Source: Justusliebigvirus alia | Direction: 5' to 3' (one strand) | Length of the DNA: 64,000 bases | Sequence record: OZ035799.1 | Shown here: piece after piece, positions 1 to 8,133 of the stretch | How the letters are laid out: every line of letters begins with the position of its first letter | Numbering within the stretch: the first letter of the stretch is position 1 | Notes under the pieces: model-generated | The model's database searches: none | Seen by the model: only the letters and a program-made list of their open reading frames with translations | What the model was told of the DNA's origin: nothing | Made by a program: the position numbers and the translations under genes

Positions 1-138
1 GAATAGCTGGGCGGTCGCTAACTTTGGGCAATGGTCGAGCGTTGAGTACATCGAAGCCTACCAGGTGCCAACGATTAGCCTAACCGATCTGAATGTTGAT
101 CGCTTGTTGTGCCTGGATCAATTAAATTAAAAATAATA

Positions 139-196
139 TTGACAAGATAACTAAAATCAGTAAAATGTAATGCATAGGGCGGCAATAGTGCCGCTC
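139..196 (+). promoter_or_regulatory. sigma70-like promoter (TTGACA-N17-TAAAAT) followed by GC-rich hairpin GGGCGGCAATAGTGCCGCTC (PeSL-like cassette)
   Basis: -35/-10 hexamers with about 17-bp spacer; inverted repeat immediately downstream, about 20 nt before ATG at 218. Confidence 0.6.
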
Positions 197-217
197 CTAG
201 TGAGAGAGATTATCAAA

Positions 218-433
218 ATGACTAATATCCGCACCTTGTTAAAAAATGCAAAGCAAGTTTTATTTTCAGATGACGAATATTTTAATAAAGATATTACAGG
301 CGTGAAAAATTTAAAAGACGTGAAGGATGTTATCGGTATCCGTGGATCTTTACGTAAAGGTGACATATACGGTAACAAGGTGCAATATAAACTGTCAAAA
401 GATTATGATTTTACTTTGACATTTATTTCATAA
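218..433 (+). CDS. hypothetical protein (71 aa; start refined to internal ATG behind RBS)
   Basis: ORF track 170..433; ATG at 218 follows purine-rich RBS and the 5-prime hairpin. Confidence 0.55.
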   Translation: MTNIRTLLKNAKQVLFSDDEYFNKDITGVKNLKDVKDVIGIRGSLRKGDIYGNKVQYKLSKDYDFTLTFIS

Positions 434-478
434 AACCGCTTGCAATACTGCAAAAATAAAGTAAACTGTACTCATCAA

Positions 479-500
479 GGCGGTGGAATAGCCCACCGCC
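479..500 (+). promoter_or_regulatory. 5-prime UTR hairpin GGCGGTGG-N6-CCACCGCC
   Basis: perfect 8-bp inverted repeat upstream of ATG at 524. Confidence 0.45.
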
Positions 501-523
501 TAACAAAGAGAAGAGGAAACATC

Positions 524-694
524 ATGATCACTTTCGCTACCCGTGAAGCCGCTCGCAACGTTGCACGTAAAGTTAACGCCGCCAACCTGGGCGCTACGCT
601 TAAAGCCCCGGTAAAAGATGAATCAGGTAAATGGATCTTCCCTGGTCTGCGTCACGCTGATAAGCTGGGAACGTTAACGCTAAAAAATAAATAA
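524..694 (+). CDS. hypothetical protein (56 aa)
   Basis: internal ATG of ORF 440..694 preceded by RBS AAGAGAAGAGGAAAC and hairpin. Confidence 0.5.
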   Translation: MITFATREAARNVARKVNAANLGATLKAPVKDESGKWIFPGLRHADKLGTLTLKNK

Positions 695-701
695 AATCCG
701 C

Positions 702-760
702 TTGACAGTAGCATCATTTATAAGTAAAGTAACAACAACGGCGGGAAATGGTTTCCCGCC
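702..760 (+). promoter_or_regulatory. PeSL-like cassette: TTGACA-N17-TAAAGT promoter plus hairpin GGCGGGAAATGGTTTCCCGCC
   Basis: promoter hexamers and 9-bp inverted repeat; same hairpin recurs at 3049, 3415, 5061. Confidence 0.65.
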
Positions 761-780
761 ATCAATAAAGAGATAAGATC

Positions 781-1140
781 ATGAAATCAGTAAAAGCAAT
801 TAAAACTTACATTGTGTCGGCTATTTCTTTTGATGGTACTACAACCGAAAAAGAAAAGATCACCGAACTGATGCGCCGTTTTAACTCTGAATACTGGTAT
901 CCCGATAATCAAAAACGTTACAATTATAACGTGATCAAGGCGATAGCCTCATGGTTACAAGGTTTACCGTCAGAAATCAATATTGCTTTTGATTATAACG
1001 AGATCGATCACTTGTTAATTGAATGGAAGTACATAAAAGAAACAAGCAAAGAAACAACCGTTACCCGTGAGCGGGAAAATTATTGGTTATATATTGCAAG
1101 CATGATCGTAATCCTGGCAAAACAGCATAACGTGGCGTAA
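781..1140 (+). CDS. hypothetical protein (119 aa)
   Basis: ORF with RBS AAAGAGATAAG; downstream of PeSL cassette. Confidence 0.65.
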   Translation: MKSVKAIKTYIVSAISFDGTTTEKEKITELMRRFNSEYWYPDNQKRYNYNVIKAIASWLQGLPSEINIAFDYNEIDHLLIEWKYIKETSKETTVTRERENYWLYIASMIVILAKQHNVA

Positions 1141-1155
1141 TTAAGAGGAAGAAAC

Positions 1156-1293
1156 ATGAACGCATCACAGCAGATCGAAAAATTCAACCGCAGCAAGGCG
1201 CGTAAAGATTGGAACGAAGAGATCACCAAAAAAGGCGACAAGCGGAACAAAACAAAGAGAGATCGCAGCACAAAAAGATACTGGAACGAATAA
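1156..1293 (+). CDS. small basic hypothetical protein (45 aa)
   Basis: ORF not in track (<60 aa); RBS AAGAGGAAGAAAC; followed by terminator. Confidence 0.45.
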   Translation: MNASQQIEKFNRSKARKDWNEEITKKGDKRNKTKRDRSTKRYWNE

Positions 1294-1300
1294 CAAAAAA

Positions 1301-1324
1301 GGGCGCAATAAGCGCCCTTTTAGC
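1301..1324 (+). terminator. rho-independent terminator (GGGCGC-AATAA-GCGCCC + T-run)
   Basis: GC hairpin followed by TTTT. Confidence 0.7.
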
Positions 1325-1411
1325 TTATATAGAGGCTTGTTACCCATAGGCAATGGTAATGCCAGGATAAGCCTATAAACCACGTTAGACAGCTTTACAG
1401 GAGCTTTAAAA

Positions 1412-1594
1412 ATGAAATTAGAAGAAATAAGCAAGGCACTAGCCCAGGGGCAAAGGTTAAACGCCCGTTATCGTGATCAATATGGCTTCATAACCAGCGG
1501 CGTGATCCTGGGGATTGAAGGCAATAAGATTTTTATTGACACGTTGAAAAACGTTGTATATAGTGACAATATAATCTCAATAAAACATATATGA
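1412..1594 (+). CDS. hypothetical protein (60 aa)
   Basis: ORF with RBS ACAGGAG. Confidence 0.55.
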   Translation: MKLEEISKALAQGQRLNARYRDQYGFITSGVILGIEGNKIFIDTLKNVVYSDNIISIKHI

Positions 1595-1602
1595 GGCAAG
1601 AA

Positions 1603-2004
1603 ATGAAAAAATTATTGATCGCTGGTTTAATCTCTTTTGGCATGGTTGGAACATCTAGCGCGGCGATATCCTCCACAGTAGCAGAATTAAGCGCCGTTGA
1701 TGCAATGGAAAACGTCATGCTTATTAATAATGCGATCCCCGATGAAATCATGGAGGATTCACACATGATCGCTTATGGTGCTGTTACACAACTAACGGCA
1801 AAAATAGATAAATCTATTGTTAATGGCTTAAATGAAGATGTACCATGTGAAATTATTACCAGTGTGCTCACTACTCAAAATTTTACGCCGTGGTTAAAAA
1901 GTATTCAAAAAGTACACAGTACAGCCGCAGATCGTAGCAATGAAAAACTAGTGTCAGCACTTGCAACGTATACCCTAGCAAAATGTACCGAGATAAAAGA
2001 TTGA
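1603..2004 (+). CDS. hypothetical secreted protein with N-terminal signal peptide (MKKLLIAGLISFGMVGTSSA)
   Basis: hydrophobic N-terminus with A-x-A-like cleavage context. Confidence 0.55.
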   Translation: MKKLLIAGLISFGMVGTSSAAISSTVAELSAVDAMENVMLINNAIPDEIMEDSHMIAYGAVTQLTAKIDKSIVNGLNEDVPCEIITSVLTTQNFTPWLKSIQKVHSTAADRSNEKLVSALATYTLAKCTEIKD

Positions 2005-2027
2005 CAATATAGAAAGCACGTTATAAG
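2001..2027 (+). promoter_or_regulatory. sigma70-like promoter (TTGACA ... TATAAG)
   Basis: hexamers upstream of CDS 2052. Confidence 0.45.
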
Positions 2028-2051
2028 ATACACACAACAAAGGAGAACTAC

Positions 2052-2354
2052 ATGAACGGCATAGCTAAAACGTTTTTTCTTTTTTCTGGTGTAAATGATC
2101 CATCAATAAAAGTCGATAGTGTAAAAGAAAACAATACTATCACAGCTAAATTGTCTCAAGATGAAACAAATAACGTGCTAATCATTAATCTTAAAGAAAT
2201 AACAAAAGGTTATTACACTATTGCTTACCATGCGATCTATAATGCTGGTACTAGTGAGGAAGTGCAAACAAGCAACAACGAAAGCGCGGCGCTACCTGGT
2301 GATCTGGTGCTGGGCGTTATCAGTTTAATTGTCAATGATTTTTTTAAGGAGTAA
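2052..2354 (+). CDS. hypothetical protein (100 aa), hydrophobic N-terminus
   Basis: ORF with RBS AAAGGAGAAC. Confidence 0.6.
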   Translation: MNGIAKTFFLFSGVNDPSIKVDSVKENNTITAKLSQDETNNVLIINLKEITKGYYTIAYHAIYNAGTSEEVQTSNNESAALPGDLVLGVISLIVNDFFKE

Positions 2355-2612
2355 AACCATGCCCTATTTACATTTATTTTTCGGTATCTTATTGACAGGA
2401 TCTTTTTTCTTCTGTATGCTTGTTTCTATTGTAAACCACGTTTTAAGACATTAAGGAAACAGCATGAAAATTATTCCCGTACAGTATAGCGTAATAAATC
2501 CAGCATATGAGGAAGGAAGGAAAACAAGCATGGCTTTATGTTGTATTGCTACTATAGCCATGTTATTATATATTGTGTTTTAATAGGTTTTATAGTTGTA
2601 CGCTTTAAAGGC

Positions 2613-2641
2613 TTGACAATTTTTTGTTATGCTTTAAAATA
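2613..2641 (+). promoter_or_regulatory. sigma70-like promoter
   Basis: TTGACA-N17-AAAATA upstream of CDS 2684. Confidence 0.45.
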
Positions 2642-2683
2642 TATCTTGAAAACGGCAAAGGCCGCAAACAAAAGGGTAAAATT

Positions 2684-3007
2684 ATGAAATCTGTGATCGG
2701 TGTTTATTTGGATAACTCTGATTTTTTCTATCATCGTGCGCGTTTCCTTGATGCGATTGAAATGATAGAATCAGGCTTTAAAGAGTATCGCCTTGCACAT
2801 GATGACCTGGAAGCATTACAGGGCAATAGTGTTTTTACATTGCAAGCTAAAGCACTATGCAAAAGCCGGATCGACATTGCAAGCAAAAAGATAGAACGCG
2901 GCATGTCCTGGTTGCGCACCGCAGAAATCAACATGGGGCAATGGTACGGCGAAAACTTAGAAAATAAACACACTTTTGTAAATGTAGAAAATATTAAAGA
3001 TTATTGA
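2684..3007 (+). CDS. hypothetical protein (107 aa)
   Basis: internal ATG of ORF 2624..3007 preceded by RBS AAAGGGTAAAATT. Confidence 0.55.
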   Translation: MKSVIGVYLDNSDFFYHRARFLDAIEMIESGFKEYRLAHDDLEALQGNSVFTLQAKALCKSRIDIASKKIERGMSWLRTAEINMGQWYGENLENKHTFVNVENIKDY

Positions 3008-3070
3008 TTGACAGCACACCTGATAAGTAATATATTGTATCTCATAGAGCGGGGAAATGGTTTCCCCGCC
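3008..3070 (+). promoter_or_regulatory. PeSL-like cassette (TTGACA-N17-TATATT + hairpin GCGGGGAAATGGTTTCCCCGC)
   Basis: promoter hexamers plus inverted repeat before ATG 3090. Confidence 0.65.
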
Positions 3071-3089
3071 TTAACAGAAGAGATAAGAT

Positions 3090-3374
3090 ATGAAGATCAC
3101 AAAAGCACTTTCCAACTATGCAGCACGTCGCGGCTTATGCTTAACCGTTGAAAACTTAGGGAAAGAAGATTTTTTGTGCTTTTGGGAGCTTGAGAATGAT
3201 AATGAGTGGATCTTCTCTTATTCTATCTGCAAAGATCAAAATGGTTGCTTGTTAACATGGCGAGGTAATATCTATTTACCGGAAGAAATAAAACAAGAAT
3301 TACCAGGCACGATCATGACTGAGAAACAGCTTAAGGAAGTGATCAATTTTGTAGGGCAAAACATTAAAAAATAA
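3090..3374 (+). CDS. hypothetical protein (94 aa)
   Basis: ORF with RBS AGAAGAGATAAG. Confidence 0.6.
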   Translation: MKITKALSNYAARRGLCLTVENLGKEDFLCFWELENDNEWIFSYSICKDQNGCLLTWRGNIYLPEEIKQELPGTIMTEKQLKEVINFVGQNIKK

Positions 3375-3375
3375 T

Positions 3376-3437
3376 TTGACAGTAGGCAAACAACGTAGTA
3401 AAGTTTATCACATAGGGCGGGAAATGGTTTCCCGCTC
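3376..3437 (+). promoter_or_regulatory. PeSL-like cassette (TTGACA-N17-TAAAGT + hairpin GGGCGGGAAATGGTTTCCCGC)
   Basis: promoter hexamers plus inverted repeat. Confidence 0.65.
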
Positions 3438-3458
3438 ACAACAAAAGAGAAACAAATC

Positions 3459-3629
3459 ATGATCCCGACTATGTTTTACGTATCGCGCAAAGGTCACAAT
3501 ATTTTTTGGTCTGAAGATTTAAATGAAGCCATGACGTTTGCCCGTGATCGTGTTGCTATCGGTGGCGTTAATATTACCGTAACCGATGAAAACGGCATTG
3601 AATACTACAACGGCGACGATGAAGAGTAA
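3459..3629 (+). CDS. hypothetical protein (56 aa)
   Basis: ORF not in track; RBS AAAAGAGAAAC; directly behind PeSL cassette. Confidence 0.5.
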   Translation: MIPTMFYVSRKGHNIFWSEDLNEAMTFARDRVAIGGVNITVTDENGIEYYNGDDEE

Positions 3630-3636
3630 TTAATAA

Positions 3637-3658
3637 GGCGGGGGGAGTATTCCCCGCC
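3637..3658 (+). promoter_or_regulatory. GC-rich hairpin GGCGGGGGGA-GTAT-TCCCCGCC in 5-prime UTR
   Basis: inverted repeat 20 nt upstream of ATG 3678, no T-run. Confidence 0.5.
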
Positions 3659-3677
3659 ATCAATAAAGAGATAAATC

Positions 3678-3947
3678 ATGAAAATATCATTGGACGTTGC
3701 AATCAAGGCCATCGAATCCGGTTACACCCTGGTAAAAGATGATAAGGCTAAAATAGTGCATCATGTTAACAAGGAAACAGGCGAAAGCATGATCACATAT
3801 AAAGCCGCCTACTTTCTCCAATCAGTAGCAGATCCGCGCGTACAGCGCCAGGTCACGGCGGCTATTGCTAAAAAATTATGTGCTTTACAGGGCACAAGTT
3901 TTAACGAGATCCCGCCGTGTTTTGACTGGTCGAGCTTGAAAAAATAG
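3678..3947 (+). CDS. hypothetical protein (89 aa)
   Basis: ORF with RBS AAAGAGATAAATC. Confidence 0.6.
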   Translation: MKISLDVAIKAIESGYTLVKDDKAKIVHHVNKETGESMITYKAAYFLQSVADPRVQRQVTAAIAKKLCALQGTSFNEIPPCFDWSSLKK

Positions 3948-3948
3948 T

Positions 3949-4005
3949 TTGACAAAAATTATAAATCGGGTAGAATGTATTTCGTAGGGCGGCAATAGTG
4001 CCGCT
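3949..4005 (+). promoter_or_regulatory. PeSL-like cassette (TTGACA-N17-TAGAAT + hairpin GGGCGGCAATAGTGCCGCTC)
   Basis: same hairpin sequence as at 177-196. Confidence 0.65.
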
Positions 4006-4027
4006 CGCAACTAAAAGAGAAATCATC

Positions 4028-4222
4028 ATGGCGCTTAAAAAACTAACAAGCAATACTCGTTGGGATGAAATCGACGGGGAAGTATACATTTTCGCCCGTA
4101 AACCAGGTGATCAAAAATGGTCAAAGGCTTTTACTTGTCACCCTGCAACAATAGATCTAATAAAAAGTAAAGGTTTACGTGAAGCAGTAGCGAGAAGTTT
4201 ACTGATTCCTTGTAAAAAATAG
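4028..4222 (+). CDS. hypothetical protein (64 aa)
   Basis: internal ATG of ORF 3998..4222 behind RBS AAAAGAGAAATC. Confidence 0.5.
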   Translation: MALKKLTSNTRWDEIDGEVYIFARKPGDQKWSKAFTCHPATIDLIKSKGLREAVARSLLIPCKK

Positions 4223-4223
4223 T

Positions 4224-4285
4224 TTGACAATATGCGGTTATCTGGTAAAGTGTACCACGTAGGGCGGGGCAATAAGGCAACGCCC
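4224..4285 (+). promoter_or_regulatory. PeSL-like cassette (TTGACA-N16-TAAAGT + hairpin GGGCGGGG...CGCCC)
   Basis: promoter hexamers plus inverted repeat; followed by a 34-aa membrane-peptide ORF at about 4304. Confidence 0.55.
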
Positions 4286-4418
4286 ACTAATGAGGGTAAA
4301 ATCATGTTAGAGAAAATTTTCACGGTTGTAATAGTGGGCCTGGCGTTATCGGTTGGAGTGATTGCAACTATGGCTAACATGATCCTATCTTCCCACGGTA
4401 TTGGATAAGGTGAATCAA

Positions 4419-4634
4419 ATGATCACGAATAAGACAGGTAAAACGGAATTTTTACGCGGCTTGCAAATAGGTAAACCTGAGATCTGGCATTGCACTAAAA
4501 GACCACGTGACGAAATGAAAGATTTCACCGCTACTTTACAACGTGTTAAAATATCTATCACACAGAAAAAAGCCTTGTTAGTAGTAGAAAACGAGATCCC
4601 GCAAACCATTATTATTGTCGAGCGTACAGCATGA
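4419..4634 (+). CDS. hypothetical protein (about 71 aa)
   Basis: ORF track 4401..4634; start ambiguous (4401 or 4419). Confidence 0.5.
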   Translation: MITNKTGKTEFLRGLQIGKPEIWHCTKRPRDEMKDFTATLQRVKISITQKKALLVVENEIPQTIIIVERTA

Positions 4635-5017
4635 AAACTGAAATCATTAACGAAATGATCAACGGCTATAAAGAAGCCTTTATTTTTGCCGAACCAGCGA
4701 CGGATCACAATGGGGAATATATTGAGAATCTAGACGATTATGATTTTTCTCCTAGCGCCCTGAAACGTATTACCAGCGATGTGACCGCCTTTTGTAGTGC
4801 CAATGTTGCCGCTATCTCTGAGGCAATGAGCGACGGCGCAACAGCAAACCAGATCGGGAATGACTTACATTTCACCCGTAACGGTCACGGCGTAGGCTTT
4901 TGGGATCGCCCTGAAATATACACTACTAACACCGCCAACCGCCTAACAAATGCAGCTAAATTAATGCCATCGGTGCATGCTTACATTGGTGAAGATAATT
5001 TGATTTATATTGAATAA
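4631..5017 (+). CDS. hypothetical protein (128 aa)
   Basis: ORF, start overlaps upstream stop (ATGA coupling). Confidence 0.6.
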   Translation: MKTEIINEMINGYKEAFIFAEPATDHNGEYIENLDDYDFSPSALKRITSDVTAFCSANVAAISEAMSDGATANQIGNDLHFTRNGHGVGFWDRPEIYTTNTANRLTNAAKLMPSVHAYIGEDNLIYIE

Positions 5018-5022
5018 AAGTA

Positions 5023-5081
5023 TTGACACCGATCCCCAGTATGGTATTATTTACCACGTAGGCGGGAAATGGTTTCCCGCC
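5023..5081 (+). promoter_or_regulatory. PeSL-like cassette (TTGACA-N17-ATTATT + hairpin GGCGGGAAATGGTTTCCCGCC)
   Basis: promoter hexamers plus inverted repeat. Confidence 0.65.
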
Positions 5082-5104
5082 AGGTAATCAAAAAGGTAAA
5101 TACT

Positions 5105-5494
5105 ATGCGCAACCTGGTTTCTGTTTCTAACGTTGAAAAATTCCAATCTTTACAGGGTATCGTTAACAACGTAGCGCCTTTTTTAGTCAATGGCTTGATT
5201 GCAAAGATGAAGAATAAACATCATGCCGCATGGTCTGCTTACTGCTTTGACAATGATGAAAAAGCGGCTGAAATGATGTTAAATATGCTGTTAGACAGTG
5301 TAGAATCATCTTTACCGGAAAACATCGCAGAAGAGATCACCTATCGTTATAATATGGCGATCACTTACCAGGAGGTTGCGCAATTTAATATGATGGATGA
5401 TGACGAACAACAGGATCAGGAAATTTTCTGGGAGTATGCTGATCGCCAATCGGCTTTTGATGAAAAATTAGCGATGTATTATAATGAATATTAA
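5105..5494 (+). CDS. hypothetical protein (129 aa)
   Basis: ORF track start 5069 lies inside the hairpin; ATG at 5105 has RBS AAAAGGTAAAT. Confidence 0.6.
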   Translation: MRNLVSVSNVEKFQSLQGIVNNVAPFLVNGLIAKMKNKHHAAWSAYCFDNDEKAAEMMLNMLLDSVESSLPENIAEEITYRYNMAITYQEVAQFNMMDDDEQQDQEIFWEYADRQSAFDEKLAMYYNEY

Positions 5495-5510
5495 TACACG
5501 GTAAAAGAAA

Positions 5511-5536
5511 GGGGCGCACTAAGCGCCCTTTTTTGT
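5511..5536 (+). terminator. rho-independent terminator (GGGGCGC-ACTAA-GCGCCCC + T6)
   Basis: GC hairpin plus TTTTTT. Confidence 0.75.
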
Positions 5537-5957
5537 ATTCTTTTTTCACAATGGAAGCGACACGTAAAGAATAGGCGTAAAGGTGGCGTAAAACCATCTA
5601 AAACCGACTGTAACCGCTTAAACAAGGTAGGAATGATTAATCACCTTACCAGGATGAAAAAGCCGTTATAAAGCTATCTAGAGCGTTTAAAGCACATAGG
5701 AAATAATTTGCTTTTTATCTTGCCTTTTATTCTGCTTTTGATTATTATTATGGAACGGGCGGCACCTGGGGACAGGGGGAAGATAATCACCGGACGACCC
5801 CGCTATATATTGATAGCTAACATCTATCAAACAACAAAACATCAAAGAAATAAACTATCAAATCTTTACAATCTCATCTATTGACCGATAAATCATAGCA
5901 GTTTAATATTGTTTTTAGAGGGTAGAACATACCCAAAACGAAAACAGGAAAAAGAAA

Positions 5958-6194
5958 ATGAAAGAAGTCATGATCCTCAAAAAATCACCTATTTTACGTG
6001 GTGGCTTTATCGCTTACTCTGATGATCTGTTAATTGCAACGGTTGCAAAAATACTAAAATCAGAAGAGGATAGTAAAAACGGCGTTTATCGTATCTGTTT
6101 CACCCGTGGGAAATTGCAAGGCAAGATCGCCTATGCTTTTGATTTACAAGATGTAAATGATAAAATCTGCGCTGTTATTGATTATGCAAAATAA
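5958..6194 (+). CDS. hypothetical protein (78 aa)
   Basis: ORF with RBS ACAGGAAAAAG; promoter-like TTGACC ... TAATAT upstream. Confidence 0.6.
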   Translation: MKEVMILKKSPILRGGFIAYSDDLLIATVAKILKSEEDSKNGVYRICFTRGKLQGKIAYAFDLQDVNDKICAVIDYAK

Positions 6195-6206
6195 TTAACT
6201 TTCTTA

Positions 6207-6240
6207 TTGACACCGGATCACGCTTACATTATTATTTATC
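6207..6240 (+). promoter_or_regulatory. sigma70-like promoter (TTGACA ... ATTATT)
   Basis: hexamers upstream of CDS 6282. Confidence 0.5.
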
Positions 6241-6281
6241 ACGTAGGGCAAATCATTTTAAACGGTAAACGAGGAAACACC

Positions 6282-6665
6282 ATGAGCAATATCATCAACC
6301 TGGCAGCGACTGTAAACGGTAAAGACTTTAACGGCGCTGTAGACCGTGATCCTATGTGGTGCTTATCAGTGTTTAAAGGCGACCTGGTTGAAGTTAGAAC
6401 AACCGAAGGGTATAGCGATGATTATAAATGCGAGATCCATTTACATAACTGGTACACGGGTAAAACTTATGCGCTGAATCACGCGTTTATCGGGAAAATT
6501 GAATATCGCGAAATGATCGACGAAGAAACGGGGCAAGATTTTAGCGATTATGTTTATATTCGTTCCGAAACATTAGCCGAACGGTTGATCGAGAAAATGA
6601 AAGCAAAAAATAAAATTAATTTATCTCATTGGATTGATATAACAAACGATCCAGCTTATCAGTAA
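6282..6665 (+). CDS. hypothetical protein (127 aa)
   Basis: internal ATG of ORF 6207..6665 behind RBS ACGAGGAAAC. Confidence 0.6.
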   Translation: MSNIINLAATVNGKDFNGAVDRDPMWCLSVFKGDLVEVRTTEGYSDDYKCEIHLHNWYTGKTYALNHAFIGKIEYREMIDEETGQDFSDYVYIRSETLAERLIEKMKAKNKINLSHWIDITNDPAYQ

Positions 6666-6681
6666 ATAACATTCCATACAA

Positions 6682-6707
6682 GGGCGCAATAAGCGCCCTT
6701 TCTTTTT
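6682..6707 (+). terminator. rho-independent terminator (GGGCGC-AATAA-GCGCCC + T-run)
   Basis: same hairpin as terminator at 1301. Confidence 0.75.
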
Positions 6708-6913
6708 ACCTCAATAAAGATGATAGCTTTTACCTATCAAAAACGTTCACCGAAAAAAGTGAATAGATCGCGGTATCGAGCTAATCAAGGAGCAGATGAA
6801 CAACCATACCATGAAGATCATAAGGCGCTTACAACGTGTTTTAGACCGCTTATTTTTAATTTCTTCATGCAACTATCTGGCAAAAACAGCCTTTTTCTTG
6901 TCTTTCCTCTTAA

Positions 6914-6987
6914 ATGATAATCATTCTTATTTATAGCTGATTATTTATGCAATAAACTGCATAATGCAATAATGATAATCATTCTTA
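6914..6987. repeat. two copies of 17-bp direct repeat AATGATAATCATTCTTA, each a Fur-box-like palindrome
   Basis: exact repeat at 6914-6930 and 6971-6987; core matches E. coli Fur consensus GATAATGATAATCATTATC. Confidence 0.55.
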
Positions 6988-7346
6988 ACTTATGACCATC
7001 TAACCTATAAAATAATAAGTTATCTAACTAAATTAAAACTAATTATCTTACTTTTATTTATAACTTACTGTTACTATCTCATTGATAACCTTATATTAAA
7101 CAACAATAACTAATATAAATCATTACTAAGCTAAATATAATCTATCTAACCTTTAAAACTATAACTATAATCTATTGAATTATTGCACAAAGTAACTATT
7201 AAATCGTTAGTAACATTACTAAATAATTAATATCCTATTTATTTATGATCTAATCTTTACCTTACTATCTATTACCTAAATAATCATTTTATACCGTAAT
7301 CATTTCATACAATAATTATAACAAGAAATATAATTAGCAAGCGTAT

Positions 7347-7523
7347 CATTAGCAGCCTATGCCGGACACATAGGCGGCTAATAATAACGCAACTACACAC
7401 CCCACATAATAACCATCACCGATAGTTATTATTTGTGCTTATGTAGCTTGCAACAACTGCAAGCGCAACAATATACATGGTATATTGTATTCCCTTACAT
7501 TGTTGCGGTGCGTTATTATTAGC
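7347..7523. repeat. nested inverted repeats (outer 15-bp IR GCTAATAATAACGCA at 7377-7391 / 7509-7523; inner hairpins at 7347-7369 and 7448-7466)
   Basis: reverse-complement matches seen directly in sequence. Confidence 0.5.
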
Positions 7524-7550
7524 TAATGTTTAGAACATTGGCTATAATAT

Positions 7551-7620
7551 AAGCTATCCAATAATATAAGCTATCCAATAATAATAAGCTATACAATAAT
7601 AATAAGCTATACAATAATAA
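7551..7620. repeat. four tandem copies of a 17-18 bp unit AAGCTAT(C/A)CAATAATAAT (iteron-like)
   Basis: head-to-tail repeats seen directly. Confidence 0.7.
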
Positions 7621-7916
7621 ACATCGTGAATAATGATGCTGATGATCATAATGCGCCACCTTCCAGGGCGGCGCTATGTGAACACAAAGAAATCTTTCTT
7701 GTCAAGAAAAATATTAACACTATTGCGCAAAATTATTTATATATGAATAGATGGTTTTTCATACTATTGCCCCTATAACATACCTCATTTGTTGCAATGT
7801 ACCTTCCTATTTGTTGAGTATAGTTATAGCCTATTTGTTGAGCCTACTTTCTTAAAAGCGCAATAAAGTAGAAATATCTTGATTTTTAGTCGGTTTTATA
7901 GTACAGAAAGTATGCA

Positions 7917-7932
7917 AATGATAATCATTATC
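7917..7932. promoter_or_regulatory. Fur-box-like palindrome AATGATAATCATTATC
   Basis: 17 of 19 positions match the 19-bp Fur consensus. Confidence 0.5.
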
Positions 7933-8097
7933 AGCTATCTTCCACGGGTAGCACTATTTCACGCCAGATCATTTCATTTGGCAAGGTGTATATAGATGTT
8001 TAGACTTGCCAAGCCATTGATTTACTTAGAATTTATCTGTTTTGTTGTGAGTAGTACCTTTCTTGCTCAGAAAATAATCAAAAGTCTTATAAGTCAT

Positions 8098-8133
8098 TGA
8101 ATGATAATGCAAATGATAATTATTCTCATTGAT
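8098..8133. promoter_or_regulatory. Fur-box-like elements (GAATGATAATG / AAATGATAATTATTCTCATT)
   Basis: partial matches to Fur consensus. Confidence 0.35.

Noticed and set aside
157-378. Minus-strand ORFs overlapping the early plus-strand genes (157..378, 1080..1271, 1165..1434, 1533..1766, 2731..2973, 3272..3460, 3901..4089, 4138..4380, 4415..4708, 5385..5597)
   Set aside because: They are antisense to better-supported plus-strand genes that have promoters and RBS, and lack their own translation signals.
6720-6917. 65-aa plus-strand ORF from the track
   Set aside because: It lies immediately after a strong terminator, has no RBS, has a low-complexity basic composition and runs into the Fur-like repeat region. 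Likely spurious.
7551-7620. Possible CRISPR array suggested by the short tandem repeats
   Set aside because: The units are contiguous 17-18 bp direct repeats with no unique spacers of 25-40 bp between them, and no cas genes are present. Better explained as iterons or simple tandem repeats.
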